The notes under the pieces are model-generated. The model searched no databases. It was not told the origin of the DNA and worked only from the letters and a program-made list of their open reading frames with translations. Shown in pieces: positions 16,498 to 27,683 of a stretch of DNA of 45,588 bases. How positions within the stretch are numbered: the first letter of the stretch is position 1; every line of letters begins with the position of its first letter. The stretch is taken from the IMG/VR virus record IMGVR_UViG_2531839665_000023, one strand, 5' to 3'. The stretch is from a virus. Taxonomy: Duplodnaviria > Heunggongvirae > Uroviricota > Caudoviricetes. The position numbers and the translations under genes are program-made.

Positions 16498-16715
16498 AGG
16501 CTTTTCCTGTATAAATGGCCGTATACAGTACACTAAATATGAAAACATATCTCGTATTATTATTTAATATATGATTTTCTTTTAAAATAATTACCCACAT
16601 TTTTAATGTGTCTGTTTTTTAGCGCCGTTGAGAACAACGTTTGCTATAAAAACTAACCCATAGACTCCGATCTTTTCAAACATATTGCACCATCTGTGTA
16701 CATCGGGGTGAGGAT

Positions 16716-16931
16716 ATGAAATCAATGGATAAGTTAACAACAGGTATCGCCTATGGCACATCGGCTGGTAATGCTGGTTTCTGGGCATTGCAGTTACTCG
16801 ATAAAGTAACTCCGTCACAGTGGGCTGCAATCGGTGTGCTGGGTAGTCTGGTTTTTGGCCTGCTGACGTATCTGACAAACCTTTATTTCAAGATTAAAGA
16901 AGACAAGCGTAAGGTTGCGAGAAGAGAGTAA
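16716..16931 (+). CDS. Class II pinholin, S21-like, with dual-start motif
   Basis: 71 aa; MKSMDKL dual start; two TM segments; strong resemblance to phage 21 S as recalled. Confidence 0.85.
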   Translation: MKSMDKLTTGIAYGTSAGNAGFWALQLLDKVTPSQWAAIGVLGSLVFGLLTYLTNLYFKIKEDKRKVARRE

Positions 16932-16935
16932 TCCA

Positions 16936-17487
16936 ATGACACAAGACTATGAACTGGTTGTGAAAGGAGTCCGCAATTTTGAGAATAAAGTGGCGGTAAC
17001 TGTAGCCTTACGGGACAAAAAACGCTTTGACGGTGAAATTTTTGACCTGGACATCTCGCTGGACCGTGTTGAAGGTGCCGCGCTGGAGTTTTATGAGGCA
17101 GCAGCCAGAATGAGAATCAGACAGGTATTCCTGGATGTTGCTGCCGGGTTATGTGTAGGGGATGAGCAGTCGCCGGAAAAGCGCCCCATAATTTTAGAGG
17201 CGCAGAATGTGTGGATAACCTACAAAGGAAAGCTACCGGGAAGAATTACTGGTTCTCTGAAGACGCCACCGACGGCATTGCGGTCAGAAAAAGATGATAT
17301 TGAATCGCCCATTGAAAAACTGGAGGGCAGCGTCGCTGATCTGAATAAAAAATTGTCGGTGCTGATCCCTTCTGAAGATGAAAAAAAACGCCGCGATGAG
17401 CAGTTTGCGGCGTTTTACGATTATTGCATTGAAGTTACTCGCAGGAATTTTGTGAAGATTTTTGAGGAGGGTAAATCTCTTCAGTAA
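16936..17487 (+). CDS. Hypothetical lysis-cassette protein (DUF1327/YdfR-like by position)
   Basis: ATG at 16936 directly after the holin stop; 183 aa; family assignment tentative. Confidence 0.55.
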   Translation: MTQDYELVVKGVRNFENKVAVTVALRDKKRFDGEIFDLDISLDRVEGAALEFYEAAARMRIRQVFLDVAAGLCVGDEQSPEKRPIILEAQNVWITYKGKLPGRITGSLKTPPTALRSEKDDIESPIEKLEGSVADLNKKLSVLIPSEDEKKRRDEQFAAFYDYCIEVTRRNFVKIFEEGKSLQ

Positions 17488-17695
17488 GCTTAATGGCGGA
17501 CGCTGCAATTAATTCAGGAAGGTCCGCAAGGTCATCTGTCAGTGGATATGATGAAAAATCGGCGGCAGTTCTGTTAAGAAGCGCTTTAACTAATTCCTTT
17601 TCCTTCTCCGGCAACAAGTTGATTAGAGCTACGACTGCTTGCCTGAGTGCGATTAAATCAGCAAAAGTTTGTTTTGGTAGATTTGTGTAATCCAT
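17435..17695 (-). CDS. Hypothetical acidic small protein, counter-oriented within lysis cassette
   Basis: 86 aa from the ATG at 17695 preceded by GAGGTG Shine-Dalgarno on the minus strand. Confidence 0.5.
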   Translation of the reverse strand: MDYTNLPKQTFADLIALRQAVVALINLLPEKEKELVKALLNRTAADFSSYPLTDDLADLPELIAASAIKLTEEIYPPQKSSQNSCE

Positions 17696-17808
17696 AGTCA
17701 CCTCTGTGTTTATCAGATTGACATCCTCCTCCCGCCAGTGCCCATCACTGGTGAGGTAAGATTTAACATATCCGGGGATTTGAAGCCGATAAATCCTGAT
17801 AAATATCC

Positions 17809-18836
<1,028 letters not shown>

Positions 18837-19199
18837 ATTAATATTAAATCGGATTATTTTTAGCGCTGAATGTGAAATTTAAATAAAAAGGACTCTTCCA
18901 TGAGTCAAAATCCTTGAAATCTTAAGGGTAAGATAAAAGGTCATTAGACAGAATGACACGTTTTATTAATAAATAAAGCTATTGTTTCATTCGTGTGTTT
19001 TTCTTTACAAAAGTAATCCTTGCTATGGTTGGTTAATCATGCGTTAATGGTGTTCTGGTTTGTTACAAAATTATCTGAAGCAGTCATTGTTATAATTTTA
19101 TTATTTGTACCTCTTGAGATCTCCTTGTTGGTTTTTCTCTCTGATATTTTTTTTCGGACCATTCTGCCCAAGGGCTAACTTCTTCAAAAGGTAATAATG

Positions 19200-19412
19200 A
19201 TGTCTAACAAAATGACTGGTTTAGTGAAATGGTTTAACCCTGAAAAAGGTTTTGGTTTCATCACGCCGAAAGATGGTAGCAAAGATGTGTTTGTCCATTT
19301 CTCAGTTATTCAGAGCAACGATTTCAAAACGTTAACTGAGAATCAGGAAGTCGAATTTGGTATTGAGAACGGACCTAAAGGCCCCGCGGCTGTTCATGTA
19401 GTGGCACTTTGA
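19200..19412 (+). CDS. cspI: Cold-shock protein, CspI-like
   Basis: 70 aa; [34 protein letters not shown]. Confidence 0.9.
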   Translation: MSNKMTGLVKWFNPEKGFGFITPKDGSKDVFVHFSVIQSNDFKTLTENQEVEFGIENGPKGPAAVHVVAL

Positions 19413-19616
19413 GGTAGAAAATATTACAAACCATATTCACTTTAGATGCCCGTGTTGCCATGGTTCTCAGTATAGAACATCATCTTTTGATGTTTCTGAC
19501 AGGAATCCTTTCGGGGCAAAATGTATCTTTTGTAAATCAATGATGATTACATTTGATAATATTTCACAATACTTAAATGTTAGCCGTCTGTCGTTAGATT
19601 TAAGAAAGTGAAAATG

Positions 19617-19641
19617 AAGGCTCCTTCGGGAGCTTTTTTGC
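19617..19641 (+). terminator. Intrinsic terminator
   Basis: GGCTCC-TTCG-GGAGC followed by TTTTTT. Confidence 0.75.
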
Positions 19642-19683
19642 TTAGTGTCTAGTCGATGGATACTCACATATTACGGTAACATT

Positions 19684-19914
19684 ATGAAAAAAATAATAGT
19701 TTTTTTTAACTCTGAACCAGCAATGGTAGTGCCAGTGATGACCGGAGTTAACACCATCATGCGTGAATATCCAAATGGCGAAACAACACACCTCACTGTA
19801 ATGGCTGCAGGGTTTCCATCTCTGACCGGAGATCATAAAGTCATTTATGTAGCAGCGGATCGACATGTAACTTCAGAAGAAATTCTGGAAGCAGCAATGA
19901 GACTCTTGAATTGA
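19684..19914 (+). CDS. Hypothetical small protein
   Basis: 76 aa from the ATG at 19684; AT-rich moron region. Confidence 0.45.
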   Translation: MKKIIVFFNSEPAMVVPVMTGVNTIMREYPNGETTHLTVMAAGFPSLTGDHKVIYVAADRHVTSEEILEAAMRLLN

Positions 19915-20086
19915 TTTGATTCTAATGCATTGATAATAAATGATAATCATCTTTATCTGTTTGTGTGAAATTTAGACCGTCGTATGTTGATTATTGCGAT
20001 GTTTCATCTTATCTTTTATACGTTTGCTCCATATAATTGACACTACTGTGTACTAGGAAAGTCATAACAGACTAAAAGAGGAAATG

Positions 20087-20260
20087 ATGAACATTGAAGA
20101 GTTAAAAACAAAAACAGAAGCAGATATTTCTGAATATATAACAAAAAAAATCATTGAGCTTAAGAAAAAGACCGGGAAAGAAGTTACCAGTATCCAGTTT
20201 ACTGCACGGGAAAAAATGACTGGTCTTGAAAGCTATGATATCAAGATTGATTTAATCTAG
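20087..20260 (+). CDS. gnsB: GnsA/GnsB-family protein
   Basis: 57 aa (below track cutoff); MNIEELKTKTEADISEYITKKIIELKKKTGKEVTSIQFTAREKMTGLESYDIKIDLI; AAGAGGAAA Shine-Dalgarno. Confidence 0.8.
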   Translation: MNIEELKTKTEADISEYITKKIIELKKKTGKEVTSIQFTAREKMTGLESYDIKIDLI

Positions 20261-20323
20261 TATGTTTATAGTATTAGCATCAATTTCTCATCAGATGCTA
20301 TTCAACAATACAAATTACCCATA

Positions 20324-20347
20324 AACCTCGTTTTTACGGGGTTTTGT
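20324..20347 (+). terminator. Possible intrinsic terminator
   Basis: CCUCG-UUUUUA-CGGGG followed by UUUUGUU. Confidence 0.4.
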
Positions 20348-20555
20348 TATATTTAAACATTACCGAATAGATATAAATCTCGATTGTCGATGGTATTGGT
20401 TGTGTGACAATACCTAGTCTTTCCGGTATGCCTGAAGAGAATACAAACGACAGATTATGTAAGGGAAACGCGCTGAAACTTTCACTCTTTCATGCTGAGT
20501 GATTTGACGTTATATTTTTAGCCGCAAGTGAAGAGCAAACGCATGGAGCGACAAA

Positions 20556-20762
20556 ATGCATAAAGATCAATACACTGATGCCCCCTCCCAGGAGCAGGTT
20601 CGTGTAAAAACTATGCTTAATAGCACCATTTCGATGGGTTACCCGGATGTTGTAATTGCATGTATAGAACATCAAGTATCTCTGGAAGCATTCAGGGCAA
20701 TTGAGGCCGCGTTAGTAAAGCACGATAAGAATACGAAGGATTATTCCCTGGTGGTTGACTGA
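20556..20762 (+). CDS. Hypothetical small protein
   Basis: 68-aa track ORF in moron region upstream of terminase. Confidence 0.4.
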   Translation: MHKDQYTDAPSQEQVRVKTMLNSTISMGYPDVVIACIEHQVSLEAFRAIEAALVKHDKNTKDYSLVVD

Positions 20763-21124
20763 TCACCATAACTGCTAACCATTCTGACCATTTCACAAGT
20801 GACAGAGTCAATATCGTATTCTGTCACTGTCAGGCTAATACAGTACTGCAATTCAACTACAGCAATGCCTCGTATTTAGGTGAATTTACAATATCGTCCA
20901 GTTCGGATGCCGGCTGCATTTCTGAAGATAAGGCATTTCGGTTCGCGTATTTTCCCCTCATGCTCGTCAGTCCTGCGCGTAGTAAGAAACAGGACACTCA
21001 CACTAATTTGTGTGGGCATGCTGTGATGTCCTTCTGAATTATCCCCACGCCATTATGTAAAGCTCTGTTTCAGATGCTCGTCACGGTTGTCAGGCTGTCG
21101 GGTCCTCCCTGTGGGGGGCCCTGC

Positions 21125-21150
21125 CACGGGGCGGGAGCGTCGCGGAAAAA
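21125..21150. other. Candidate cos site (cosN-like GC-rich element followed by T-rich tract)
   Basis: GGGGCGGGAGCGTCGCGG resembles the lambda cohesive-end region GGGCGGCGACCTCGCGG as recalled; lies about 170 bp upstream of the small terminase gene. Confidence 0.35.
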
Positions 21151-21314
21151 GGCTAGTTTTTGCATTTTTATCGGCCACCATCATCTTTGCATCTTATTGA
21201 TTATTAATGGTTGTTTGTTTTTTGTATGTCGAATTGAGTGTTTTTTGTTCGACATCGAACGCGTTTTCTTAAAGTTGTTCGCACGATGCATGTTTAAAGC
21301 TCTCCGGAGGAAAT

Positions 21315-21806
21315 ATGGATCATGAGTTGAAAAACCTGGTGCTGAATATTAATCAACTGGCGGCTTTATCTGGTCTGCACCGCCAGACTGTCGTGGCAAG
21401 ACTGAAAAACATTCGTCCCGCTGGTGGACATGACAAACTCAAGCTATACCGGTTGACCGATATTCTGACTGAATTTATGGGGTTACCACCGCCGGTTGCT
21501 GAGGGCGAAATGGATCCACATGAACGCAAAGCCTGGTATCAGTCTGAACGTGAGCGTCTTAAGTTCGAACAGGAAACGGCACAACTCATTCCGGCCAGTG
21601 ATGTCAGACGGGAGTTTGCCATCTGGGCAAAAGCGGTCGTGCAGGTGCTGGAGACATTACCGGATATTCTGGAACGTGACTGCGGCCTGCAGCCTGCCGC
21701 TGTGAGCCGTGTTCAGTCCATTATTGATGATCTGCGCGATCAGATAGCCCTGCGGGTGACCGAAGCAGGTGCGGATGATGAGGAGGAATTACAGCAGGAG
21801 GAGTAA
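21315..21806 (+). CDS. Terminase small subunit
   Basis: 163 aa; N-terminal HTH; acidic C-terminus; immediately upstream of and overlapping terL. Confidence 0.65.
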   Translation: MDHELKNLVLNINQLAALSGLHRQTVVARLKNIRPAGGHDKLKLYRLTDILTEFMGLPPPVAEGEMDPHERKAWYQSERERLKFEQETAQLIPASDVRREFAIWAKAVVQVLETLPDILERDCGLQPAAVSRVQSIIDDLRDQIALRVTEAGADDEEELQQEE

Positions 21807-23908
21807 TGCTGAATCAGGAAACCGCAAAGGCAGCACGAACCGATTCAGGTTATATCCTTCGCGCACCGAGACGAATGCGGGTTGCTGATGCCGTTGCTCA
21901 GTATATGCGGGTGCCCATGGGGGCCGGGAACTCAGTCCCGTGGGATCCGCTGGTGGCACCGTATGTTATTGAGCCGATGAACTGCCTGGCCTCGCGTGAA
22001 TACGATGCAGTGATATTTGTTGGCCCGGCACGAACTGGCAAGACTATCGGCCTGATTGACGGCTGGGTGATTTACAACGTGATTTGCGATCCTGCTGATA
22101 TGCTGATCATTCAGATGACGGAGGAAAAAGCCCGCGAACACTCCAAAAAACGACTTGCCAGAACGTTTCGCGTCAGCCCGGAAGTGGTCAGTCGCCTGAG
22201 TCCGAACAAAAATGACAACAACGTTTATGACAGAACATTCCTTGCTGGCAACTACCTGAAAATCGGCTGGCCGTCAGTCAATATCATGTCCTCATCAGAT
22301 TATAAATGCGTGGCGCTGACGGATTATGACCGTTTTCCGGAAGATATTGATGGCGAGGGGGATGCCTTCTCTCTTGCCTCAAAACGTACCACCACATTTA
22401 TGTCCAGTGGTATGACGCTGGTGGAGAGTTCCCCCGGCAGGGATGTGAAGGATGTGAAATGGCGACGGACTTCACCGCATGAGGCTCCACCAACCACGGG
22501 GATACTGTCGCTCTATAACCGTGGCGATCGCCGTCGCTGGTACTGGCCCTGTCCACACTGTGGTGAGTATTTTCAGCCCTGCGGCGATGCGGTTGCTGGT
22601 TTCCGTGATATTGCCGATCCCGTGCTGGCAAGTGAGGCGGCTTATATTCAGTGTCCTTCCTGTTCAGGACGGATTATGCCTGAACAAAAACGTGAGCTGA
22701 ACGGACGTGGGGTCTGGTTGCGGGATGGTGAATCCATCAATGCGGATGGCAGTCGTTATGGTGATCCCCGACGCTCACGTATTGCGTCATTCTGGATGGA
22801 GGGTCCGGCAGCTGCTTACCAGACACTCTCGCAACTCGTTTACAAACTGCTTGCTGCAGAACAGGAATACGAGACAACCGGAAGTGAAGAAACACTCAAG
22901 ACGGTTATCAATACCGACTGGGGATTACCTTATCTTCCCCGTGCCAGCATGGAGCAACGAAAAAGTGAACTGCTTGAGCAGCGGGCAGAGCCAGTTCCTT
23001 CCCGCAGTGTGCCGGATGGCGTTAATTTCCTGGTGGCGACAGTTGATGTGCAGGCGGGACGTCATCGCCGTTTTGTGGTTCAGGTAACGGGCTATGGCAG
23101 CCGTGGCGAACGCTGGATTATTGATCGTTACAACATCACGCAGTCATTGCGCGGTGACAGCGACGGGGAGAGCCAGCGAATTGATCCGGCCAGCTATCCG
23201 GAAGACTGGGATGTCCTGCTGACGGATGTTTTTCATAAAAGCTGGCCGCTGGCCTCCGATCCTTCTCAACAAATGCGACTGATGGCAATGGCGGTGGACT
23301 CCGGCGGTGAAGACGGAGTCACTGATAATGCCTATAAATTCTGGCGTCGTTGCCGTCGTGATGGCCTTGGTAAACGTATTTACCTGTTTAAGGGCGACAG
23401 CATCCGGCGCGCAAAACTGATCACCCGTACATTCCCTGATAACACCGGACGAACGGGCCGACGGGCGCAGGCCGCAGGTGATGTACCGCTCTGGCTTCTT
23501 CAGACGGATGCCCTGAAAGACCGGGTGAATAACGCGTTATGGCGTGACTCGCCAGGTCCCGGCTATGTGCATTTCCCTGACTGGCTGGGGAGCTGGTTTT
23601 ACGACGAACTGACGTATGAAGAGCGGAGCAGTGACGGGAAATGGAGTAAGCCGGGTCGCGGTGCCAACGAAGCTTTTGACCTGATGGTGTATGCCGAGGC
23701 TCTGGTCATTCTGCATGGATACGAAAAGATCCGCTGGCCGGATGCACCGGAGTGGGCGAGCCGGGAAACCTGGCTGGAGTGTGTCCCGGACAGTACCGAA
23801 CCGTCACCCACACCGGAACCGGTATCCACGCCTGTTAAAAAACAAAAACGGAAGAAAACAGTAACTGACGATGTTAACCCCTGGCTGACTTCCGGAGGAT
23901 GGTTATGA
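21806..23908 (+). CDS. Terminase large subunit, lambda GpA-like
   Basis: 700 aa; Walker A-like GPARTGKT; zinc-ribbon CPHCG...CPSC; GpA-type architecture. Confidence 0.9.
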   Translation: MLNQETAKAARTDSGYILRAPRRMRVADAVAQYMRVPMGAGNSVPWDPLVAPYVIEPMNCLASREYDAVIFVGPARTGKTIGLIDGWVIYNVICDPADMLIIQMTEEKAREHSKKRLARTFRVSPEVVSRLSPNKNDNNVYDRTFLAGNYLKIGWPSVNIMSSSDYKCVALTDYDRFPEDIDGEGDAFSLASKRTTTFMSSGMTLVESSPGRDVKDVKWRRTSPHEAPPTTGILSLYNRGDRRRWYWPCPHCGEYFQPCGDAVAGFRDIADPVLASEAAYIQCPSCSGRIMPEQKRELNGRGVWLRDGESINADGSRYGDPRRSRIASFWMEGPAAAYQTLSQLVYKLLAAEQEYETTGSEETLKTVINTDWGLPYLPRASMEQRKSELLEQRAEPVPSRSVPDGVNFLVATVDVQAGRHRRFVVQVTGYGSRGERWIIDRYNITQSLRGDSDGESQRIDPASYPEDWDVLLTDVFHKSWPLASDPSQQMRLMAMAVDSGGEDGVTDNAYKFWRRCRRDGLGKRIYLFKGDSIRRAKLITRTFPDNTGRTGRRAQAAGDVPLWLLQTDALKDRVNNALWRDSPGPGYVHFPDWLGSWFYDELTYEERSSDGKWSKPGRGANEAFDLMVYAEALVILHGYEKIRWPDAPEWASRETWLECVPDSTEPSPTPEPVSTPVKKQKRKKTVTDDVNPWLTSGGWL

Positions 23909-24117
23909 ACCAGAATGATATCGAAGCCATGATTCAGCGTTATACGGAAGCTGAAATGGCGGTGCTGGACGGAAAATCCGTCACCTTTAATGGTCAGCAG
24001 ATGACCATGGAAAACTTATCTGAGATCCGGCAGGGACGGCAGGAGTGGGAGCGCCGCCTTGCGGCTCTGATTACACGACGACGGGGGCATCCCGGGTACC
24101 GGCTTGCGAGGTTCTGA
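23905..24117 (+). CDS. Head-tail joining protein, gpW-like
   Basis: 70 aa; ATG overlaps terL stop; GGAGGA Shine-Dalgarno; position and size as lambda W. Confidence 0.6.
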   Translation: MNQNDIEAMIQRYTEAEMAVLDGKSVTFNGQQMTMENLSEIRQGRQEWERRLAALITRRRGHPGYRLARF

Positions 24118-25625
24118 TGGCAATTCTTGATGATGTGATTGGCGTTTTTTCACCAGGATGGAAAGCGGCAAGGCTGCGTTCCCGTGCGGTGATCCAGGCT
24201 TATGAGGCCGTAAAAACGACGCGGACACACAAAGCCCGGCGGGAAAACCGAACTGCCGACCAGTTAAGCCAGTACGGGGCCGTGTCGTTACGTGAGCAGG
24301 CCCGTTACCTTGATAACAACCACGATCTGGTCATTGGTGTATTTGACAAGCTGGAAGAACGGGTGGTGGGGAAAAACGGGATTATTGTCGAGCCACATCC
24401 GGTATTACGCAATGGGGCCATTGCCCGTGATCTGGCAGCGGAGATACGCACCCGATGGAGTGAATGGTCTGTCAGTCCGGAAGTCACCGGGCAGTTTACC
24501 CGTCCGATGCTGGAACGTCTGATGTTGCGTACCTGGCTGCGCGATGGTGAGGTGTTTGCCCAGATGGTTTCCGGGCGCATAAACAGCCTGACGCCTTCTG
24601 CCGGTGTTCATTTCTGGCTGGAGGCGCTCGAGCCGGACTTTATTCCCATGACCAGTGATGAGAGCAACAGGCTGAATCAGGGCGTGTTTGTTGATGACTG
24701 GGGGCGTCCCGAAAAATATCTGGTGTATAAAAGCCGTCCCGTATCCGGACGGCAGATGGAAACCAAAGAAGTGGATGCAGAGCGAATGCTGCATCTTAAA
24801 TTTGTTCGCCGTCTGCACCAGATGCGCGGGACGTCTTTGTTGTCCGGTGTGCTGATCCGCCTCAGTGCCCTGAAAGAGTATGAAGATTCTGAGCTGACTG
24901 CAGCAAGGATCGCCGCTGCTCTGGGGATGTACATCCGGAAAGGCGACGGGCAGAGCTATGAACCGGATGGTAATGGCAGCAAGGATAAGGAACGCGAGCT
25001 TACCATTCAGCCAGGCATTATTTACGACGATCTGAAACCCGGCGAAGAAATCGGAATGGTGAAGTCGGATCGCCCCAATCCTAATCTTGAAACTTTTCGT
25101 AATGGTCAGTTGCGTGCCGTGGCGGCGGGCAGTCGTCTGAGTTTTTCCAGTACAGCGCGCAACTATAACGGCACTTACAGCGCCCAGCGTCAGGAGCTGG
25201 TTGAATCCACTGATGGCTACCTGATCCTGCAGGACTGGTTTATTGGTGCCGTCACCCGCCCGATGTATCGTGCCTGGCTGAAACAGGCTGTGGCATCCGG
25301 TGTTATCAGGCTACCCCGCGATCTTGATCGTTCTTCACTGTATACCGCGGTGTATTCCGGACCGGTGATGCCGTGGATTGACCCTGTTAAGGAGGCTGAG
25401 GCCTGGAAAATTCAGATTCGTGGTGGAGCGGCGACAGAATCAGACTGGGTACGTGCAGGTGGTCGTAATCCGGATGATGTCAAACGTCGGCGCAAGGCCG
25501 AAATTGATGAAAACCGCAAGCTGGATCTGGTATTTGATACCGATCCGGCCAGTGATAAAGGAGGCAGCAGTGCCGCAACGAAACGACAGGAGCCGCAGCA
25601 CACCGACGACCAGTCCGAAGAATAA
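24117..25625 (+). CDS. Portal protein
   Basis: 502 aa from the ATG overlapping W stop; position between W and protease/capsid gene. Confidence 0.8.
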   Translation: MAILDDVIGVFSPGWKAARLRSRAVIQAYEAVKTTRTHKARRENRTADQLSQYGAVSLREQARYLDNNHDLVIGVFDKLEERVVGKNGIIVEPHPVLRNGAIARDLAAEIRTRWSEWSVSPEVTGQFTRPMLERLMLRTWLRDGEVFAQMVSGRINSLTPSAGVHFWLEALEPDFIPMTSDESNRLNQGVFVDDWGRPEKYLVYKSRPVSGRQMETKEVDAERMLHLKFVRRLHQMRGTSLLSGVLIRLSALKEYEDSELTAARIAAALGMYIRKGDGQSYEPDGNGSKDKERELTIQPGIIYDDLKPGEEIGMVKSDRPNPNLETFRNGQLRAVAAGSRLSFSSTARNYNGTYSAQRQELVESTDGYLILQDWFIGAVTRPMYRAWLKQAVASGVIRLPRDLDRSSLYTAVYSGPVMPWIDPVKEAEAWKIQIRGGAATESDWVRAGGRNPDDVKRRRKAEIDENRKLDLVFDTDPASDKGGSSAATKRQEPQHTDDQSEE

Positions 25626-25638
25626 TTCCTGGTTCAGG

Positions 25639-27597
25639 ATGCAGGCAGGTCACCAGAGTGACGCGGATATTTATATTTATGACGAGATTGGTTTCTGGGG
25701 TGTTACGGCGAAGCAGTTTATCAGTGATCTGAATGCACTGGGCGATATCACCCACATTAATCTCCATATTAATTCACCGGGTGGCGATGTCTTTGAAGGC
25801 ATCGCCATTTTTAATGCACTGAAAACACATGGTGCGTCCATTACCGTTTATGTCGACGGTGTGGCGGCGTCAATGGCGTCGGTCATTGCGATGGTGGGAA
25901 ACCCGGTCATTATGCCGGAAAACTCCTTCATGATGATTCATAAACCATTTGGCTTTACGGGCGGTGATGCGGAGGACATGCGCACCTATGCCGACCTGCT
26001 CGATAAAGTTGAGGCGGTTCTGTTACCCGCTTATGCACAGAAAACCGGGAAAACCACCGATGAAATTGCTGCCATGCTGGCGGATGAGACCTGGATGTCC
26101 GGTGCCGAATGTCTGGCACAGGGATTTGCTGATCAGGTGACACCAGCCGTTAAGGCAATGGCATGTATTCAGTCAAAACGTACAGAGGAATTTAAAAAGA
26201 TGCCGGAATCCATTCGAAATATGATTACTCCGCCACGCAACAGTGCTCCACGCGTACAGGATGATGGACCTGCAGCCTCCCGGACGCCAGTGCAGGCAGC
26301 AGCACCCGTGGTGGATGAAAACAGCATCCGTGCGCAGGTCCTGGCAGAGCAAAAAGCGCGTGTAAACGGTATTAATGATCTGTTTGCCATGTTTGGTGGG
26401 CGTTATCAGTCGCTGCAGGCTCAGTGTCTTGCCGATCCTGAATGTTCGCTGGAGCAGGCCCGCGAAAAGCTGTTGAACGAGATGGGGCGCGAGTCCACGC
26501 CATCCAATAAAAATACCCCGGCTCATATTTATGCCGGTAACGGTAATTTTGTGGGGGACGGGATCCGCCAGGCGCTGATGGCGCGCGCCGGGTTTGAAAA
26601 AACCGAACGTGATAATGTCTACAACGGGATGACCCTGCGTGAATATGCCCGTATGTCACTGACTGAACGTGGTATTGGTGTTTCCAGTTATAACCCGATG
26701 CAGATGGTCGGTGCGGCGTTCACACACAGTACGTCTGACTTCGGTAATATTCTGCTGGATGTTGCGAACAAAGCCATTCTGCAGGGCTGGGAAGATGCCC
26801 CTGAAACCTATGAACAGTGGACGCGGAAAGGTCAGTTGTCTGATTTTAAAATTGCCCATCGTGTGGGTATGGGGGGCTTCAGTGCTCTGCGTCAGGTGCG
26901 TGAAGGGGCAGAATATAAATACGTCACCACCGGAGATAAACAGGCCACTATTGCACTGGCGACCTATGGCGAGCTGTTCAGTATCACCCGTCAGGCCATT
27001 ATCAATGATGATCTGAATATGCTGACCGATGTCCCGATGAAGCTGGGCCGTGCGGCGAAATCCACTATTGCCGATCTGGTTTATGCCATTCTGACGTCTA
27101 ACCCGAAAATCTCCACAGATAATGTAAGTCTGTTCGATAAAGCGAAACATGCAAACGTACTGGAGAGCGCGGCAATGGACGTGGCATCGCTGGATAAAGC
27201 CCGCCAGTTGATGCGCGTTCAGAAAGAGGGTGAGCGTCATCTGAATATTCGTCCTGCGTTCGTACTGGTACCGACGGCGATGGAGTCTGTTGCTAACCAG
27301 GTCATTCGCTCCTCAAGTGTCAAGGGGGCTGACATTAACGCCGGTATTATTAACCCGGTGAAAGATTTTGCGACCGTTATTGCAGAGCCTCGTCTTGATG
27401 ATAACAGCCAGACCACCTTCTACCTGGCTGCGTCCAAAGGCTCCGATACGATTGAAGTGGCTTATCTCAACGGTGTGGATACGCCATATATTGATCAGAT
27501 GGAGGGCTTCAGTGTGGATGGCGTGACAACGAAAGTACGTATTGACGCTGGTGTTGCGCCAGTTGATCACCGCGGCCTGGTGAAATGTACGGCGTAA
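25639..27597 (+). CDS. ClpP/S49-like head maturation protease fused to major capsid protein
   Basis: 652 aa; N-terminal protease region (HINSPGGDVFEG...SMAS), coiled middle, C-terminal capsid-like region. Confidence 0.8.
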   Translation: MQAGHQSDADIYIYDEIGFWGVTAKQFISDLNALGDITHINLHINSPGGDVFEGIAIFNALKTHGASITVYVDGVAASMASVIAMVGNPVIMPENSFMMIHKPFGFTGGDAEDMRTYADLLDKVEAVLLPAYAQKTGKTTDEIAAMLADETWMSGAECLAQGFADQVTPAVKAMACIQSKRTEEFKKMPESIRNMITPPRNSAPRVQDDGPAASRTPVQAAAPVVDENSIRAQVLAEQKARVNGINDLFAMFGGRYQSLQAQCLADPECSLEQAREKLLNEMGRESTPSNKNTPAHIYAGNGNFVGDGIRQALMARAGFEKTERDNVYNGMTLREYARMSLTERGIGVSSYNPMQMVGAAFTHSTSDFGNILLDVANKAILQGWEDAPETYEQWTRKGQLSDFKIAHRVGMGGFSALRQVREGAEYKYVTTGDKQATIALATYGELFSITRQAIINDDLNMLTDVPMKLGRAAKSTIADLVYAILTSNPKISTDNVSLFDKAKHANVLESAAMDVASLDKARQLMRVQKEGERHLNIRPAFVLVPTAMESVANQVIRSSSVKGADINAGIINPVKDFATVIAEPRLDDNSQTTFYLAASKGSDTIEVAYLNGVDTPYIDQMEGFSVDGVTTKVRIDAGVAPVDHRGLVKCTA

Positions 27598-27620
27598 ACG
27601 TCGCAGACAACAACTCTGAT

Positions 27621-27641
27621 GGCCCGTAAGGGCTTTTTTTG
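27621..27641 (+). terminator. Possible weak terminator after capsid gene
   Basis: GCCC-GTAA-GGGC followed by TTTTTTT. Confidence 0.45.
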
Positions 27642-27683
27642 TACCTGAAATCAGCCCCTGAACGGGGCTGTGCGGAGACAGTT

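Noticed and set aside
16508-16529. Palindrome considered as a canonical LexA SOS box
   Set aside because: Half-sites are LexA-like but spacing is 14 nt between CTGT and ACAG rather than 8; kept only as a non-canonical candidate
19467-19667. 66-aa minus-strand ORF and a GTG-initiated plus ORF start at 19645 overlapping the cspI terminator
   Set aside because: Overlap a clear intrinsic terminator hairpin; the plus-strand gene more plausibly starts at ATG 19684
20798-20828. 9-bp inverted repeat AGTGACAGA / TCTGTCACT with nearby CTGT...ACAG motifs, considered as terminator or SOS box
   Set aside because: No U-tract and spacing does not fit a LexA box; probably incidental or a minor regulatory hairpin
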